Below the pieces are notes generated by a model, which saw only the letters and a program-made list of their open reading frames with translations, did not search any database and was not told the origin of the DNA. DNA of 64,000 bases, from contig CAWDWO010000007.1 of assembly GCA_963806035.1 (NCBI GenBank), forward strand, positions 53,150-117,149, read 5' to 3'. This DNA comes from Candidatus Krumholzibacteriota bacterium (GTDB lineage Bacteria; Krumholzibacteriota; Krumholzibacteriia; JAJRXK01). Every line of letters starts with the position of its first letter. The stretch's first letter is position 1. Of this stretch, positions 31,675 through 41,952 are shown piece by piece. The position numbers and the translations under genes are program-made.

Positions 31675-33033
31675 TCAGAGGCCGAGAAATTTGTGAGCGA
31701 GACTCAAGTAGACCAGAAGTCCCAACACGTCGTTGCTCGTCGTGATAAAAGGACCAGTGGCCAGCGCCGGGTCGACTCCCATCCAATTCAGTATCAAGGG
31801 CACGATCGTCCCGATCGAAGTCGCGACCACGACGACGCACATCAGGGCCATGCCGATCACGAAACCGACGGCAGGATCCTGCCGAAACAGGATCAGAGTC
31901 AGCACGAGGATGCCCCCGAGAAGAAAGCCGTTGAGCAATCCGACGAACACCTCACGCAGAACGTGCCGGCGCGCGCGGAAACGATCAAAATTGCCCGTGG
32001 CCAGCGCGCGAATGAGGTTGGACGAAGTCTGTACGCCGGAATTTCCCCCCGTCGCCATCACCAGCGGAATGAAGAACGCCAGGATCACCTTCACCTGAAG
32101 CCCCGCCTGAAAACGGGAGATCACCAGAGCCGAGAGCAACTCGCCCAGAAGGCCCATCATGAGCCAGGGCAGACGCGCCCTGGAGATGGCCTTCACCGAA
32201 GTCTGTCCAAACTCTTCCTCGCTGGAGCCGGCGAAGCGCGCCATGTCCTCGGTCGCTTCCTCCGTCATGACGTCGATCACGTCGTCGACGGTGATGCGAC
32301 CCACCAAGCGGCGGTTGGTATCGACGACAGCCATCGAGAGCAAGTCTCGCCGAGCGAAGAGCTGAGCCACTTTCTCCTGATCCTCCATCACCTCGATGGA
32401 GACGGGATCGGGATTCATGACCGCGGCTGCCTTGGCGTTCGGATCGAGAATGAACACCCTGACGACGGGAATCTGTCCCAGGAGCCGGCCGGCGGAATCG
32501 ACTACGAACACGAATTGATGGCTGAGAAGCTCTTCCTCTCCGAGCTTTCTCAGGCCTTCGGCGATCTTACCAACCGTGTACTCCTGATTGACCGACAAGA
32601 ACTCCTTGGCCATGACTCCGCCGGCGGAGTCCTCGGGATACCGCAACAGCTCGGAGAGTTCGACCGCGTCTTGATGGTCGACCTGGTCCAGGAGGTCGAC
32701 CACGCGAAGCGCCTGGTCGTCCTCCATCTGGGCCACGACGTCGGCAGCGTCATCGCTGTCGAGCGCATCGAGCATCCCCACGATTTCCTGGTCTTTGAGC
32801 AGATCCAATAGATCCGGCAGGCTGCGCTCGTCCAATTCGGTGAGGATCGCGGCCGCGACTTCCGCGGGAAGCAGTCTGAGCACCGCGACTTTGCGCTCGT
32901 GATCGAAGCCGCGCAGGATGTCGGCGACGTCGGCCGGAGTCCGATCCAGAAGGAGACGCGCCGCTCCGTCGACGTCCTCCGCATCGAAGCGCTCGAGGAT
33001 CTGCTGGAAAAGAGGCTGAAGATCTTCGAGCAT
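31675..33033 (-). CDS. mgtE: Magnesium transporter MgtE
   Basis: DSDDAAD, YPEDSAGGVM, CBS pair, RARLPWL, FFIPLVMATGGNSGVQT, DPALATGPFITTSND. Confidence 0.96.
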   Translation of the reverse strand: MLEDLQPLFQQILERFDAEDVDGAARLLLDRTPADVADILRGFDHERKVAVLRLLPAEVAAAILTELDERSLPDLLDLLKDQEIVGMLDALDSDDAADVVAQMEDDQALRVVDLLDQVDHQDAVELSELLRYPEDSAGGVMAKEFLSVNQEYTVGKIAEGLRKLGEEELLSHQFVFVVDSAGRLLGQIPVVRVFILDPNAKAAAVMNPDPVSIEVMEDQEKVAQLFARRDLLSMAVVDTNRRLVGRITVDDVIDVMTEEATEDMARFAGSSEEEFGQTSVKAISRARLPWLMMGLLGELLSALVISRFQAGLQVKVILAFFIPLVMATGGNSGVQTSSNLIRALATGNFDRFRARRHVLREVFVGLLNGFLLGGILVLTLILFRQDPAVGFVIGMALMCVVVVATSIGTIVPLILNWMGVDPALATGPFITTSNDVLGLLVYLSLAHKFLGL

Positions 33034-33054
33034 CTCGCGCGTCCGGGCTAGGGT

Positions 33055-33726
33055 CTAGACATCGCTCAAGTCGGTAAGGCGCTCGGGATGATCGCCGATT
33101 CTCGCAAGAACCATCTCCCGGGCCCGCGGGGAGACCACCGCGCCGCCCGAAATCACCATCTTGAGGCCCTCTTCGATGGAGATGTCTAGCTGAATAGCAT
33201 CTTCGACGGGAATCAGCAAGAAATAGCCGCTGGTGGGGTTGGGCGTCGTGGGCAGGAAGATGTGATAGAGAGCTCTACCACCCGGGTTGTTCAACTCGTT
33301 GGTAACGAAGCCCAGGCTCCACGATCCACGGCGGGGATATTCGAAGAGGACGACTTTCCGGAAGGCCCGGCTCTGGTCGGCGAAGAGCACCGTGGTGAGT
33401 TCCTTGGTGGCGGTGTAGATGCCCTTGAGAAAGGGAATGCGCGTCACCAGACGATCGAAGGCACTCAGCACTGCCTTTCCGAAAAGGCTGTTGGCCGCCG
33501 CTCCCACCGCACTGATGACCAGGACGGCAGCCACCAGTCCGATGGCCGTACCTGCGATTTGCGGCAGGTGACCGTGGAGCCATGGCGTGCGCGAGATCCC
33601 CGGTCCCAGCCATCCGTCGACCGTGCGCACGATGAACCACAGCACCCAGAAGGTCACCACGACGGGAATGACGACGACGAGCCCGGTGAGGAAGGCTCGA
33701 CGAATGCTGCGCAACGGGCGCCTCAC
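33055..33726 (-). CDS. DUF502 membrane protein
   Basis: FLTGLVVVIP, RIPFLKGIY, EYPRRG, FLPTTPNPTSGY. Confidence 0.92.
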   Translation of the reverse strand: MRRPLRSIRRAFLTGLVVVIPVVVTFWVLWFIVRTVDGWLGPGISRTPWLHGHLPQIAGTAIGLVAAVLVISAVGAAANSLFGKAVLSAFDRLVTRIPFLKGIYTATKELTTVLFADQSRAFRKVVLFEYPRRGSWSLGFVTNELNNPGGRALYHIFLPTTPNPTSGYFLLIPVEDAIQLDISIEEGLKMVISGGAVVSPRAREMVLARIGDHPERLTDLSDV

Positions 33727-35033
33727 GACTCCTGCTCCGGGGAACTCCCGTTGCCCTCTTCGCGAGGCGAGAGCACACGCTCGCTGACGAGCGTGACCTG
33801 GAGCATGCGCTGCCTTTCCACGCGATCGATGGTGAAGCGGAGGCCCTGGTATTCCACGCCGTCTCCTCGACTCGGAACTTTCCCCAATTCCGCGTAGAGG
33901 AAACCACCGAGGGTGTCGCTATCCTCGGTGGGAAGAGCCAGCCCCAATTCCTCGTTCAAGTCATCGAGATCGATGCGAGGATCGAGGATCGCGTGGTGAT
34001 CGTCGAGTACACGGATGCGCTCGCCTTCCTGGTCGAACTCATCGCGAATCTCGCCGACGATCTCCTCGAGAATGTCTTCCATGGTGACGATGCCCGCCGT
34101 CCCCCCGTACTCGTCGACCACGACCGCGAGATGAACCCTCTGTTCGCGAAACTCGCGCAGGGCTTCGTCCACGCTTTTGCTCTCGGGCAAAAAGTGCACC
34201 GGACGCAAGAGTTGACGCAGCGTGGGCATCTCGCTCCTGGCGCGAGCGACCAGCAGATCCTTCGTGTGCAGGATGCCCAAGATCGTGTCCTGGTTCTGTT
34301 CCCACACCGGCAGACGCGTGTAGGGCTGGTTCACCGCGAAGCTCTCCGCATCGGCGAAGCTCGTGTTCACGTCGAGACCCTGCACGTCCACCCTGGGCAC
34401 CATGATCTCGCGGATTTCGGTGTCTCTCAAATCGAAGATGGAACGCACCAGGTCGCGCTCCTCCTCCTCCATTTCCACTTCGGCGTCCTCATCGGCAAGG
34501 ATCGCGCGCAGCTCGCCTCCGCTCAGGGGTGGAGAGATGTCCATCGCACCCAGTTCCGGAGCTACTTTTGCCACAGAGAACCAGAGCAGACGAGTGAAGG
34601 GCGCGAACACGGCGAGAACGAGCGAAGCCAGCGGCAAGGTGGCGCGAGCGAAGGCCGCGGGACGGGAGAGAGCCAGCGACTTGAACAACAGGCTACCCAA
34701 AACCAGGAGCGCGAAGAACACGATCCAGGCCAGAATCCACAGGAGGGCGCGCCATTGCAGTGCTGCCAGAATTTTCGCAAGGAGCGCCGCGCTGAGACAG
34801 GCCACGACGAGATGCGAACTCGAAAGCGAAAGGAGCAGATCCTTGGACCGTGAGATGAGGCCCCTTATTGGCCGGGGCAGATCCTCGTCGCTCAGCAGTC
34901 CCTCGCGCCGCATTCGTAAGAGGGTCACGTAGGAGCTGATCATTCCGGCCACTAGGAAGCAGAGCAAGAGCCCGCTGAAAAAGAGCAAGAGATCCGATCC
35001 GATGAGCCCGTGATCCAGATCGCCTTCGTTCAC
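33723..35033 (-). CDS. Hemolysin/CNNM-family CBS and CorC_HlyC domain protein
   Basis: N-terminal TMs, REIMVPRVD, YTRLPV, AVVVDEYGGTAGIVTMEDILEEIVGEIRDEFD, DTLGG. Confidence 0.92.
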   Translation of the reverse strand: MNEGDLDHGLIGSDLLLFFSGLLLCFLVAGMISSYVTLLRMRREGLLSDEDLPRPIRGLISRSKDLLLSLSSSHLVVACLSAALLAKILAALQWRALLWILAWIVFFALLVLGSLLFKSLALSRPAAFARATLPLASLVLAVFAPFTRLLWFSVAKVAPELGAMDISPPLSGGELRAILADEDAEVEMEEEERDLVRSIFDLRDTEIREIMVPRVDVQGLDVNTSFADAESFAVNQPYTRLPVWEQNQDTILGILHTKDLLVARARSEMPTLRQLLRPVHFLPESKSVDEALREFREQRVHLAVVVDEYGGTAGIVTMEDILEEIVGEIRDEFDQEGERIRVLDDHHAILDPRIDLDDLNEELGLALPTEDSDTLGGFLYAELGKVPSRGDGVEYQGLRFTIDRVERQRMLQVTLVSERVLSPREEGNGSSPEQES

Positions 35034-35560
35034 CTACTCGCTCCTCCTTCTGATCCTCCGAGAGGCTCTTCTCGAGGGGCCCTGAGAATTGTTTCCTGTG
35101 CGTCTTCCATCTCCTGAGCATCCTCATCGTTCATGTGGTCGTACCCGAGAGTATGAAGCATGCCGTGGATCGCGAGAAACTGGAATTCTTCGCCGTCACC
35201 GTGATCGCGCCGGATGTCTCTATTTTGCATGGTCTCCACGCTGATGAGAACCTGGCCGACCACGATCTCCTCTTCCTGCGATTCGGGACTGAAATCGCGC
35301 GCCTGTCGTTTCCCCTGCAGCAGATCCCGCCGAAAGCTCTCGTGCCCCTCCAGATAGGAGAAGGAAAGTACGTCAGTCGCTCGATCCTTGTTGCGATAGT
35401 CGCGATTGAGCCGGCGGATCACCCGGTCGTCGGTGAGCACGACTTCTAGAATCCCGTCGGAGGGGCCGAAACCGGCGATCAAGCGACGCAGTTGGTTCTC
35501 TGCTTCAACGTCTGGTAGCCACGGAGTCCTGTCCCCGTCGACCGCGAGCTCGAGTCTCAA
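35030..35560 (-). CDS. ybeY: rRNA maturation RNase YbeY
   Basis: LNRDYRNKDRATDVLSF and HGMLHTLGYDH. Probable TTG start at 35560 after AGGAGAG, overlapping the upstream gene. Confidence 0.9.
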   Translation of the reverse strand: MRLELAVDGDRTPWLPDVEAENQLRRLIAGFGPSDGILEVVLTDDRVIRRLNRDYRNKDRATDVLSFSYLEGHESFRRDLLQGKRQARDFSPESQEEEIVVGQVLISVETMQNRDIRRDHGDGEEFQFLAIHGMLHTLGYDHMNDEDAQEMEDAQETILRAPREEPLGGSEGGASR

Positions 35561-37796
35561 TGCTCTCCTTCTCCTTCTTGTCCTCATGCTCCTTCTGGCC
35601 GGGATAGGCAACACGTTGGTGATGAATCCCCACCAGGATCGGCACGAAGGCCTCTCGAACTCGCGCCAGGTCGCGCATGGTCAGATTGCAGTCGTCGAGC
35701 TCGCCTTCTTCCATTCTCCGCTCGAGGATTCCCTTGACCATTTCCCTGATTCGGCTGGGAGTGGGCCGGCGCAGCGAGCGCGTGCTCGCCTCGACCCCGT
35801 CAGCCAGCATGACGATGGCCGTTTCCTTGGACTGAGGTTTGGGGCCGGGATAGCGGAAGTCCTCGACTTTCACCGCGCCGCCGTCATCGCGTTCGAGCGC
35901 CTTGTGATAGAAATAGCGCATCACGCTCGTTCCGTGGTGCTCGGGAATGAAGTCGGTCACGTCCTTGGGCAGCCCCCACTGGCGCCCCAGCTCGACACCG
36001 TCCTTCACGTGAGCTGCGATGACCAAAGCGCTCATGCGCGGAGACAGATCGTCGTGAGCGTTGGGCCCGCCCTTTTGATTCTCCACGTAGTAGCGGGGTT
36101 TGAGGAGCTTGCCGATGTCGTGGTAGTTCGCCCCGACTCGGGTTCGCAGAGAGTTGGCGCCGATCGCGCGACTGGCTGCCTCCGCGAGAGTCCCCACCAC
36201 TTGGCTGTGGTGGAAAGTGCCGGGAGATTCCAGGGCCATTCTGCGCAAAAGCGGGTGATTGAGATCGCTCAGCTCGAGCAGGGTGAGATCGGTCGTGATC
36301 TCGAAGATGCTCTCGAACACCGGCAAGAGGAAGAGGGCCAGGGCCGTGCTGACGATCCCACTGCCGATACCCCAGAGAACGGGACGCACCCACTCTCTGA
36401 GACTGTTGGCCTGTCCCAGCTGCAGCGCCCCGACCGATATCAGATAACCGATCGAGACCACTCCGATCGCTTTGTAGAATTGATTGCGATTTCTCACTCG
36501 CCTCACCATGCGCATCGCGATGGCGCCGGCGACGATCCAGACCAGAAGGGTCGAGGCCGGAATGCTGGGCAAAAGCGCGATGAGAAGAACCGAGCTCATG
36601 AGCATTCTCGCGGCGGGACCCTCCCCGTGCAGAATCGTGGCCAGCATGACCAACATGACGATGGGAACCGCAATCGGTCCGAAGGTCCCGCGGCTCAACG
36701 CGAGCCAGGTGAACAGGAGATAGAGCGCGAGGAGCACGCAGAGCGCGAGAAAACGCCGGTAGTCGCTGAGCTGTTTCTTGTGTCGTCCACTCAAGCTCAA
36801 GCAGAGTCCGAGCAGGAGGGAGAGCACCAGAATTGCGCGCCCGGTGCGCAGCCGCAGCGCAATGCCCTTGTTCGAGGCAAATGCGCGCTCGCGGCGCGCC
36901 TCCTCGAGTGCGGTCAATACCGCAAGGTCTTCGCGATTCACGCGCACGCCGCTGTCCAGAATCCGCTCGTTGCGCGCGAACTCCCGGTTGGTGGGCACTT
37001 CCGCCACCGCGACACTTCTCTGCTCCTCGGTGCGCGCGTCGTCGTAGGACAGATTGGGGGTGAGCAGGTAGGCCAGGATCGCGGCGGCGGCGGCCTTCTC
37101 GTCCGCGCGGCGGAAAAAAGCGCCGGCTTCCTTGCGCGCTGCCTCGCCCTGGCGATACCCCAAGACGAGGTCATCGACCTCTTCCACCCTGTCTTCCAGA
37201 CTGTCCGGATCGATGACGTGGACGAGGCTGTAGTTGCCTCGCGGAGTGGTATCCACGATGCCGCGTTCCAGCAGCTTGTCGGCCAGGCTCGCGATCGCAT
37301 TCGACTTGCTCTCGGTGCCGCCGTTCACCAGCCAGCGCAAGTACTGGGCGCCAATCCCGCGAAACTCGGATTGAAGGAGCGATACTTTCTTCGCCAGAGT
37401 GAGACTGTCCGAGGCGGCCAGGAACTTGGCGCGAGTCAAGAATCGCGCGACTTCCTCCTTCGAGTGCTTTTCCGCTTCGGTCTCTCTCATGTAGACCGGC
37501 TCGACTCGCCGTGAAGCTTCGAGCCGCGCGGCCTCCAACTCCCGGCGCGGCCGGGGCGCGCTGAAAGCGAAGGGGGCACGGATCTCATGCTCGGTGATGT
37601 CTCCCACTTCCAGCTTGAGGCTGGGTGCGCTCCGGATCGGCGGAAAGAGCAAGAGGTGCAGGGCGGTGATCGCCAAAAGAGGGAGACCGTACGCGAGCAC
37701 GAGACGGAAGCTCAATCGCTCCCGCCACCAATTGGTACCCGGGTCGCGCGCTTCGACCTGTGCGGTTCTTCGCAGTGCCTGACGCCACGATCTCAT
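35505..37796 (-). CDS. 7TM-HD (HDIG) phosphohydrolase, PgpH-like cyclic-di-AMP phosphodiesterase
   Basis: Extracytoplasmic domain, multiple TMs, LLELSDLNHPLL, PGTFHHS, YHDIGK, EHHGT, FRYPGPKPQSKE, MLADGVEA; phoH-HD-ybeY gene order. Confidence 0.9.
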   Translation of the reverse strand: MRSWRQALRRTAQVEARDPGTNWWRERLSFRLVLAYGLPLLAITALHLLLFPPIRSAPSLKLEVGDITEHEIRAPFAFSAPRPRRELEAARLEASRRVEPVYMRETEAEKHSKEEVARFLTRAKFLAASDSLTLAKKVSLLQSEFRGIGAQYLRWLVNGGTESKSNAIASLADKLLERGIVDTTPRGNYSLVHVIDPDSLEDRVEEVDDLVLGYRQGEAARKEAGAFFRRADEKAAAAAILAYLLTPNLSYDDARTEEQRSVAVAEVPTNREFARNERILDSGVRVNREDLAVLTALEEARRERAFASNKGIALRLRTGRAILVLSLLLGLCLSLSGRHKKQLSDYRRFLALCVLLALYLLFTWLALSRGTFGPIAVPIVMLVMLATILHGEGPAARMLMSSVLLIALLPSIPASTLLVWIVAGAIAMRMVRRVRNRNQFYKAIGVVSIGYLISVGALQLGQANSLREWVRPVLWGIGSGIVSTALALFLLPVFESIFEITTDLTLLELSDLNHPLLRRMALESPGTFHHSQVVGTLAEAASRAIGANSLRTRVGANYHDIGKLLKPRYYVENQKGGPNAHDDLSPRMSALVIAAHVKDGVELGRQWGLPKDVTDFIPEHHGTSVMRYFYHKALERDDGGAVKVEDFRYPGPKPQSKETAIVMLADGVEASTRSLRRPTPSRIREMVKGILERRMEEGELDDCNLTMRDLARVREAFVPILVGIHHQRVAYPGQKEHEDKKEKESIETRARGRRGQDSVATRR

Positions 37797-38782
37797 TGCG
37801 AAGCCTCCGGAGTGCCCGCGCCGTTCCTCTGTCCGTTCGAGGCGGCGTTTTCCTCGAAAGCCGCTACGATTCGACGTACCAGAGGATGGCGAACCACGTC
37901 TCGCTCGTCGAGATCGATGAAGCTCACTCCCGGCACGTCCTGGATGATGGAGCGAACCCGCACGAGCCCACTGGTCTCGGGCTGAGTGATGTCGATCTGG
38001 GTGATGTCACCGGTGACGATGGCCCGGGTCCCTTCGCCAATGCGGGTGAGAAACATCTTCATCTGGCCCAGGGTCGTGTTTTGTCCTTCGTCCAAGATGA
38101 CGAAGGCGTGATTCAGGGTCCGGCCTCTCATGTAGGCCAGTGGAGCCACTTCGATGGTCCCGTTTGCCAAGAGGCGCGTCAGACGAGAAGTCCCCAGGCA
38201 CTCGCTCAGGGCATCGTGCAGAGGACGCAGATAGGGATCCACTTTTTCCTGTAGGTCCCCCGGCAAAAAGCCGAGTTGCTCGCCCGCCTCCACCGCGGGA
38301 CGTACGAGGAAGATCCTCTCCACTTCCCGGTTCTGCAGGGCCATGAGCGCCAGGACCACGGCAAGATAGGTCTTTCCCGTCCCCGCCGGACCCACGGCGA
38401 AGACCACGTCGTGATCTCGAATCGCCTCGAGATAGCGCGCCTGGCCTCGAGTGCGCGCATGAATGGTGACGCGCTGTTTCCCATTCAGATGGATGCCTTC
38501 GGCCACCGCACCGCGCAGCTTGGGGGCCTCGCCCGCCAAGATCCGATCGATGCTCTCCGGATCGATACGCCGGCCCTCTTGCGCCCAACGCAGAACCTCG
38601 CCCATGGCCTTCTCCATGGCGTCGACGCGCCCCGGTTCACCTTGGAGGATGAGGGTATCACCGCGCACCACGAGCGTGCCTTCGAAACGCTCTTCCAGAC
38701 GCCGTAGGTTGGCGTCCTGGTGGCCCAGAAAATCGAGGAGGTCCAGGCCCTTCAGGGAAATGGTGGTTCGCTTCTCGTTCAT
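37793..38782 (-). CDS. phoH: PhoH-family ATPase
   Basis: GPAGTGKTYLA, RPAVEAGEQLGFLPGDL, APLAYMRGRTL, ILDEGQN, GDITQID, DVVRHPLV. Confidence 0.95.
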   Translation of the reverse strand: MNEKRTTISLKGLDLLDFLGHQDANLRRLEERFEGTLVVRGDTLILQGEPGRVDAMEKAMGEVLRWAQEGRRIDPESIDRILAGEAPKLRGAVAEGIHLNGKQRVTIHARTRGQARYLEAIRDHDVVFAVGPAGTGKTYLAVVLALMALQNREVERIFLVRPAVEAGEQLGFLPGDLQEKVDPYLRPLHDALSECLGTSRLTRLLANGTIEVAPLAYMRGRTLNHAFVILDEGQNTTLGQMKMFLTRIGEGTRAIVTGDITQIDITQPETSGLVRVRSIIQDVPGVSFIDLDERDVVRHPLVRRIVAAFEENAASNGQRNGAGTPEASQ

Positions 38783-38864
38783 CGAGGGCGGCGCCGCGGC
38801 AAATGGGGAACTCCAAAAGGCCCGGTTACGGGCGCTGGCGATCGTCCGAGGAGTCCCTGGCTGA

Positions 38865-38893
38865 AAGTTATCCCAGTTCCCAGGGCCCTGCAA
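38865..38893 (-). promoter_or_regulatory. Putative sigma70-type promoter of the phoH operon
   Basis: TTGCAG-17 nt-TAACTT. Confidence 0.5.
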
Positions 38894-38940
38894 GCCACGA
38901 GGCAGCAGGGTACGTGCCGAGAAGACCCCTTTTGCGGCGC

Positions 38941-38978
38941 GAAGACGACGAAGCGCCCCCGGCTCTTGCCGGGGGCGC
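38941..38978 (-). terminator. Hairpin/terminator after the LysM lipoprotein gene
   Basis: Perfect 11-bp stem GCGCCCCCGGC/GCCGGGGGCGC, 4-nt loop, weak U tract (TTCGTCGTCTT). Confidence 0.6.
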
Positions 38979-39009
38979 CAAGGACGCATGGAGCGAGCGC
39001 GCTCAGAGG

Positions 39010-39717
39010 CTAGTCGCGCGGAATCCGCAGCTTCCAGCCGGGCCAGATGATGTCAGGATCGCTGATTTGATCCTTGTTGGCCTCGTAGAGCTTGGTCCAC
39101 TGCGCGGGATCGTTGTAGACCTCCCAGTACCAGGCGATCTTGCCCAAATACTCGTCCGGCTGCACCGTCCAGGTGGTCGGCCAGTCGCGCGGGATGGTCA
39201 ATTCCCAACCAGGGTAGATCAAATTGGGATCCTCGATCTTGTCCTTGTTCGCACGGTAGATCCGTGGCCACTTCAGAGGATCCGCGTAGATCTGGTCCAT
39301 GGCCGAGATGCCATAGAGGAACTCGCCATCTTTCACGGTCCAGACCTTCGGCAGGTTCTCGTAGTAGTCGATCTCTTTTTGAACCGCGTCGATATCGGAC
39401 TTCTTCTGACCGTACTGATCCTCGAGCTTCTTGATGTCGGAATCCAGCGAAGCGGTCTGCGCCTTGAGCTTCTGCGTTTCGCCGTTCACTTCCTGTGACT
39501 TCTGCCCGAGATTCGCGAGCTCCTGATCCAAAGAAGCGCAGTAGTCGGAGTACTGATCCTTGCTCAGCTTCTGCACCTCTTCGGGGGTGTAATAATCGCC
39601 TGCCGTGACATCGACCTGACGGTCAACACCCGAGGAACAAGCGGTGAGTGCCATGAGTCCGACAGCAACCAGGGAGAGCCCAGCGCGGCGGATGATCTGC
39701 TGCTTCATGTTGATCAT
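39010..39717 (-). CDS. Lipoprotein with coiled coil and two LysM domains
   Basis: Lipobox LTAC; two repeats of WTV...EFLYGI/EYLGKI...W..IY/LY.ANKD.I.DP..I.PGW.L.IPRD. Confidence 0.92.
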   Translation of the reverse strand: MINMKQQIIRRAGLSLVAVGLMALTACSSGVDRQVDVTAGDYYTPEEVQKLSKDQYSDYCASLDQELANLGQKSQEVNGETQKLKAQTASLDSDIKKLEDQYGQKKSDIDAVQKEIDYYENLPKVWTVKDGEFLYGISAMDQIYADPLKWPRIYRANKDKIEDPNLIYPGWELTIPRDWPTTWTVQPDEYLGKIAWYWEVYNDPAQWTKLYEANKDQISDPDIIWPGWKLRIPRD

Positions 39718-39735
39718 TCCTTTCCGGCTTGGGGC

Positions 39736-40014
39736 CTAGCGGCCGCTGCCCTTCTTGAGTGTTTCCAGCTGCGAGTCCAACTCGCTCTTGTCGGGCAAGT
39801 TCTCGAGCTTCTTCTGAAGATCCGCTTGCTTGGACTTCTCCGTCTCCAGCTGGGCCTTCGCGGAGTCCAACTGTCCTTGTGCCGTCTGCAGCTCCGAGCG
39901 AGCGCTTTCGATTTGTGACGGATCCGTCGCACAGGGTTGGTTCTTGGAGCAACCAGTGACGAAAAGCGCCAAACCGATCGTGCAAACGGTGACGAGCCTG
40001 ATGATGTTCTTCAA
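39736..40014 (-). CDS. Small coiled-coil lipoprotein
   Basis: GAGGAGG RBS, TTG start, lipobox VTGC, heptad-rich mature region. Confidence 0.8.
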   Translation of the reverse strand: MKNIIRLVTVCTIGLALFVTGCSKNQPCATDPSQIESARSELQTAQGQLDSAKAQLETEKSKQADLQKKLENLPDKSELDSQLETLKKGSGR

Positions 40015-40125
40015 GCCCGTTGCACCTCCTCTCGCGCCACTTCATTCTGAGGGCGCAAACGTTGGATCCCGACAAAACGCCCTAATTGCGTCCTGACGGT
40101 GATCGTTCTTCACGATTTCCTCGCC

Positions 40126-40153
40126 AACATAACCTCAGCCGGAATACTGTCAA
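40126..40153 (-). promoter_or_regulatory. Putative sigma70-type promoter for the lipoprotein pair; -35 overlaps the aspS stop codon
   Basis: TTGACA-16 nt-TATGTT. Confidence 0.5.
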
Positions 40154-41952
40154 GCACTATTGGTGCCGTTTTCCGACTCATTTTGCGCAGGAACCGTCAG
40201 TTTCAAGCTCAGTTCGGCCAATTGACGCGCTGAGATATTGGAGGGCGCGCCGTCGAGAGGATTGGCCGCGATGGTGGTCTTGGGAAATGCAATGACCTCT
40301 CGGATACTCTTCCCGCCGACCAGCATGGTCACGATCCGATCCAGTCCCAGGGCGATTCCTCCGTGCGGAGGGGCCCCGTACTCGAGCGCCCGCAGAAACC
40401 AGCCGAATTTGCGCTGCGCCTCATCCTTGGAAATGCCGCACACCGACAGAACGCGTTCCTGCAGCTCGCGCTGGTGGATTCGAATGCTTCCGCTGCCCAG
40501 TTCCATGCCGTTGCAGACCAGATCGTAGAGCCGGGCGTAGACGCTTCCCGGATCAGATTCCAGCGCCGCGAGGTCCTGCTCGCGCGGCATGGTGAACATG
40601 TGATGCATGGCGGTCCAGCCGCCACTCTCTTCATCCTGTTCGAAGAGTGGGAAGTCGTGGACCCAGCAGAACTCGAAGTCCTCAGCTTTGCGCAGCCCCA
40701 GGCGCTCCGCGATTTCCAGACGCAACTGACCCAATACCCGATTCGCGCGCGAACGCGTGTCCGCCACGAAGAGAACGAGGTCGCCCGGCCGCGCACCGGC
40801 ATCCTCGGCCAGTTCCTGCAGAGCCGCGCTCTCGAAGAACTTGGCAAAGGAACCGCTCAATCCCTCTTCAGTCCACTTCAGGTAGGCCAGACCCTTCGCG
40901 CCGTACTTGCGCGCGATCTCCTCCAACTCCGCGATATCCTTGCGCGAGCTCGTGGCCAGCGAGGGCGCGACCACGACTTTCACTCGTCCCCCCTCCTCCA
41001 CCACTCTCGAGAACACCTTGAATCCGCCGGCGGCGGCTCGCTCGCTCAGATCGACCAAGGGCAGCTCGAAGCGCAAGTCGGGTTTGTCCGAGCCGTATAC
41101 ATCCATCGCTTCATCGAAACTCAGCCGCGGAAAGGGAGTCTGAATCTCCCTTCCCAGCGCGCGCCCCACGATGTTGGACATCAGTCCCTCCACCAGGGCG
41201 TAGATCATCTCCTCGTCGACGAAGCTCATTTCGATGTCGATCTGGGTGTGCTCAGGCTGCCGGTCCGCGCGCAGGTCCTCGTCGCGGAGGCAGCGCGCGA
41301 GTTGGAAATAGCGGTCCACTCCGCTGATCATCAGCGTCTGTTTGTAGAGTTGGGGACTTTGGGGCAGCGCATAGAACTTGCCCGGATGAACGCGGCTGGG
41401 AACCACGTAGTCCCGCGCGCCCTCCGGGGTGGTCTGAATCAAGAGTGGGGTTTCCACTTCCAGAAAACCCTCATCGGACAAGAACTCGCGCGTCGCGCGC
41501 GCCACCTCGTGGCGAATCCGCAGGTTGTGCTGCATCTCGGGCATGCGCAGATGGAGATAGCGGTACTTGAGAATGAGCTCCTCGCCGGCCCCCTCGATGT
41601 GCTCGGGTTGGAAGGGCAAGACCGCGCAGCGGTTCAAGAGTTCCAGCTGTTCTGCCACGACCTCGATTCCCCCGGTCTGCATCTGGGGATTGACCATGTC
41701 GTCGGGCCGTGCGCGCACGCTCCCCTTCACCGCGACCACGTCTTCCTGTCGCAGCGATTGCGCCTTCACGTGCATCGCTTCGTCTTGCGGACCGAAGACC
41801 ACCTGGGTCACCCCATAGCGATCCCGCAAATCGACGAACACCAGTCCTCCGTGGTCGCGCCGGGAAGCCACCCAACCGTTGAGGGTGACCTCGTGTCCGG
41901 CCTGAGCCGGAGTCAGTTCCCCGCAGGTGTGACTGCGCCTGAGCCCTTTCAT
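40150..41952 (-). CDS. aspS: Aspartate--tRNA ligase (probably non-discriminating)
   Basis: RSHTCGEL, RRDHGGLVFVDLRDRYG (His in RRDHGG is typical of non-discriminating AspRS), TPEGARDY, YALPQSPQ, GAPPHGGIALGLDR. Confidence 0.97.
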   Translation of the reverse strand: MKGLRRSHTCGELTPAQAGHEVTLNGWVASRRDHGGLVFVDLRDRYGVTQVVFGPQDEAMHVKAQSLRQEDVVAVKGSVRARPDDMVNPQMQTGGIEVVAEQLELLNRCAVLPFQPEHIEGAGEELILKYRYLHLRMPEMQHNLRIRHEVARATREFLSDEGFLEVETPLLIQTTPEGARDYVVPSRVHPGKFYALPQSPQLYKQTLMISGVDRYFQLARCLRDEDLRADRQPEHTQIDIEMSFVDEEMIYALVEGLMSNIVGRALGREIQTPFPRLSFDEAMDVYGSDKPDLRFELPLVDLSERAAAGGFKVFSRVVEEGGRVKVVVAPSLATSSRKDIAELEEIARKYGAKGLAYLKWTEEGLSGSFAKFFESAALQELAEDAGARPGDLVLFVADTRSRANRVLGQLRLEIAERLGLRKAEDFEFCWVHDFPLFEQDEESGGWTAMHHMFTMPREQDLAALESDPGSVYARLYDLVCNGMELGSGSIRIHQRELQERVLSVCGISKDEAQRKFGWFLRALEYGAPPHGGIALGLDRIVTMLVGGKSIREVIAFPKTTIAANPLDGAPSNISARQLAELSLKLTVPAQNESENGTNSA

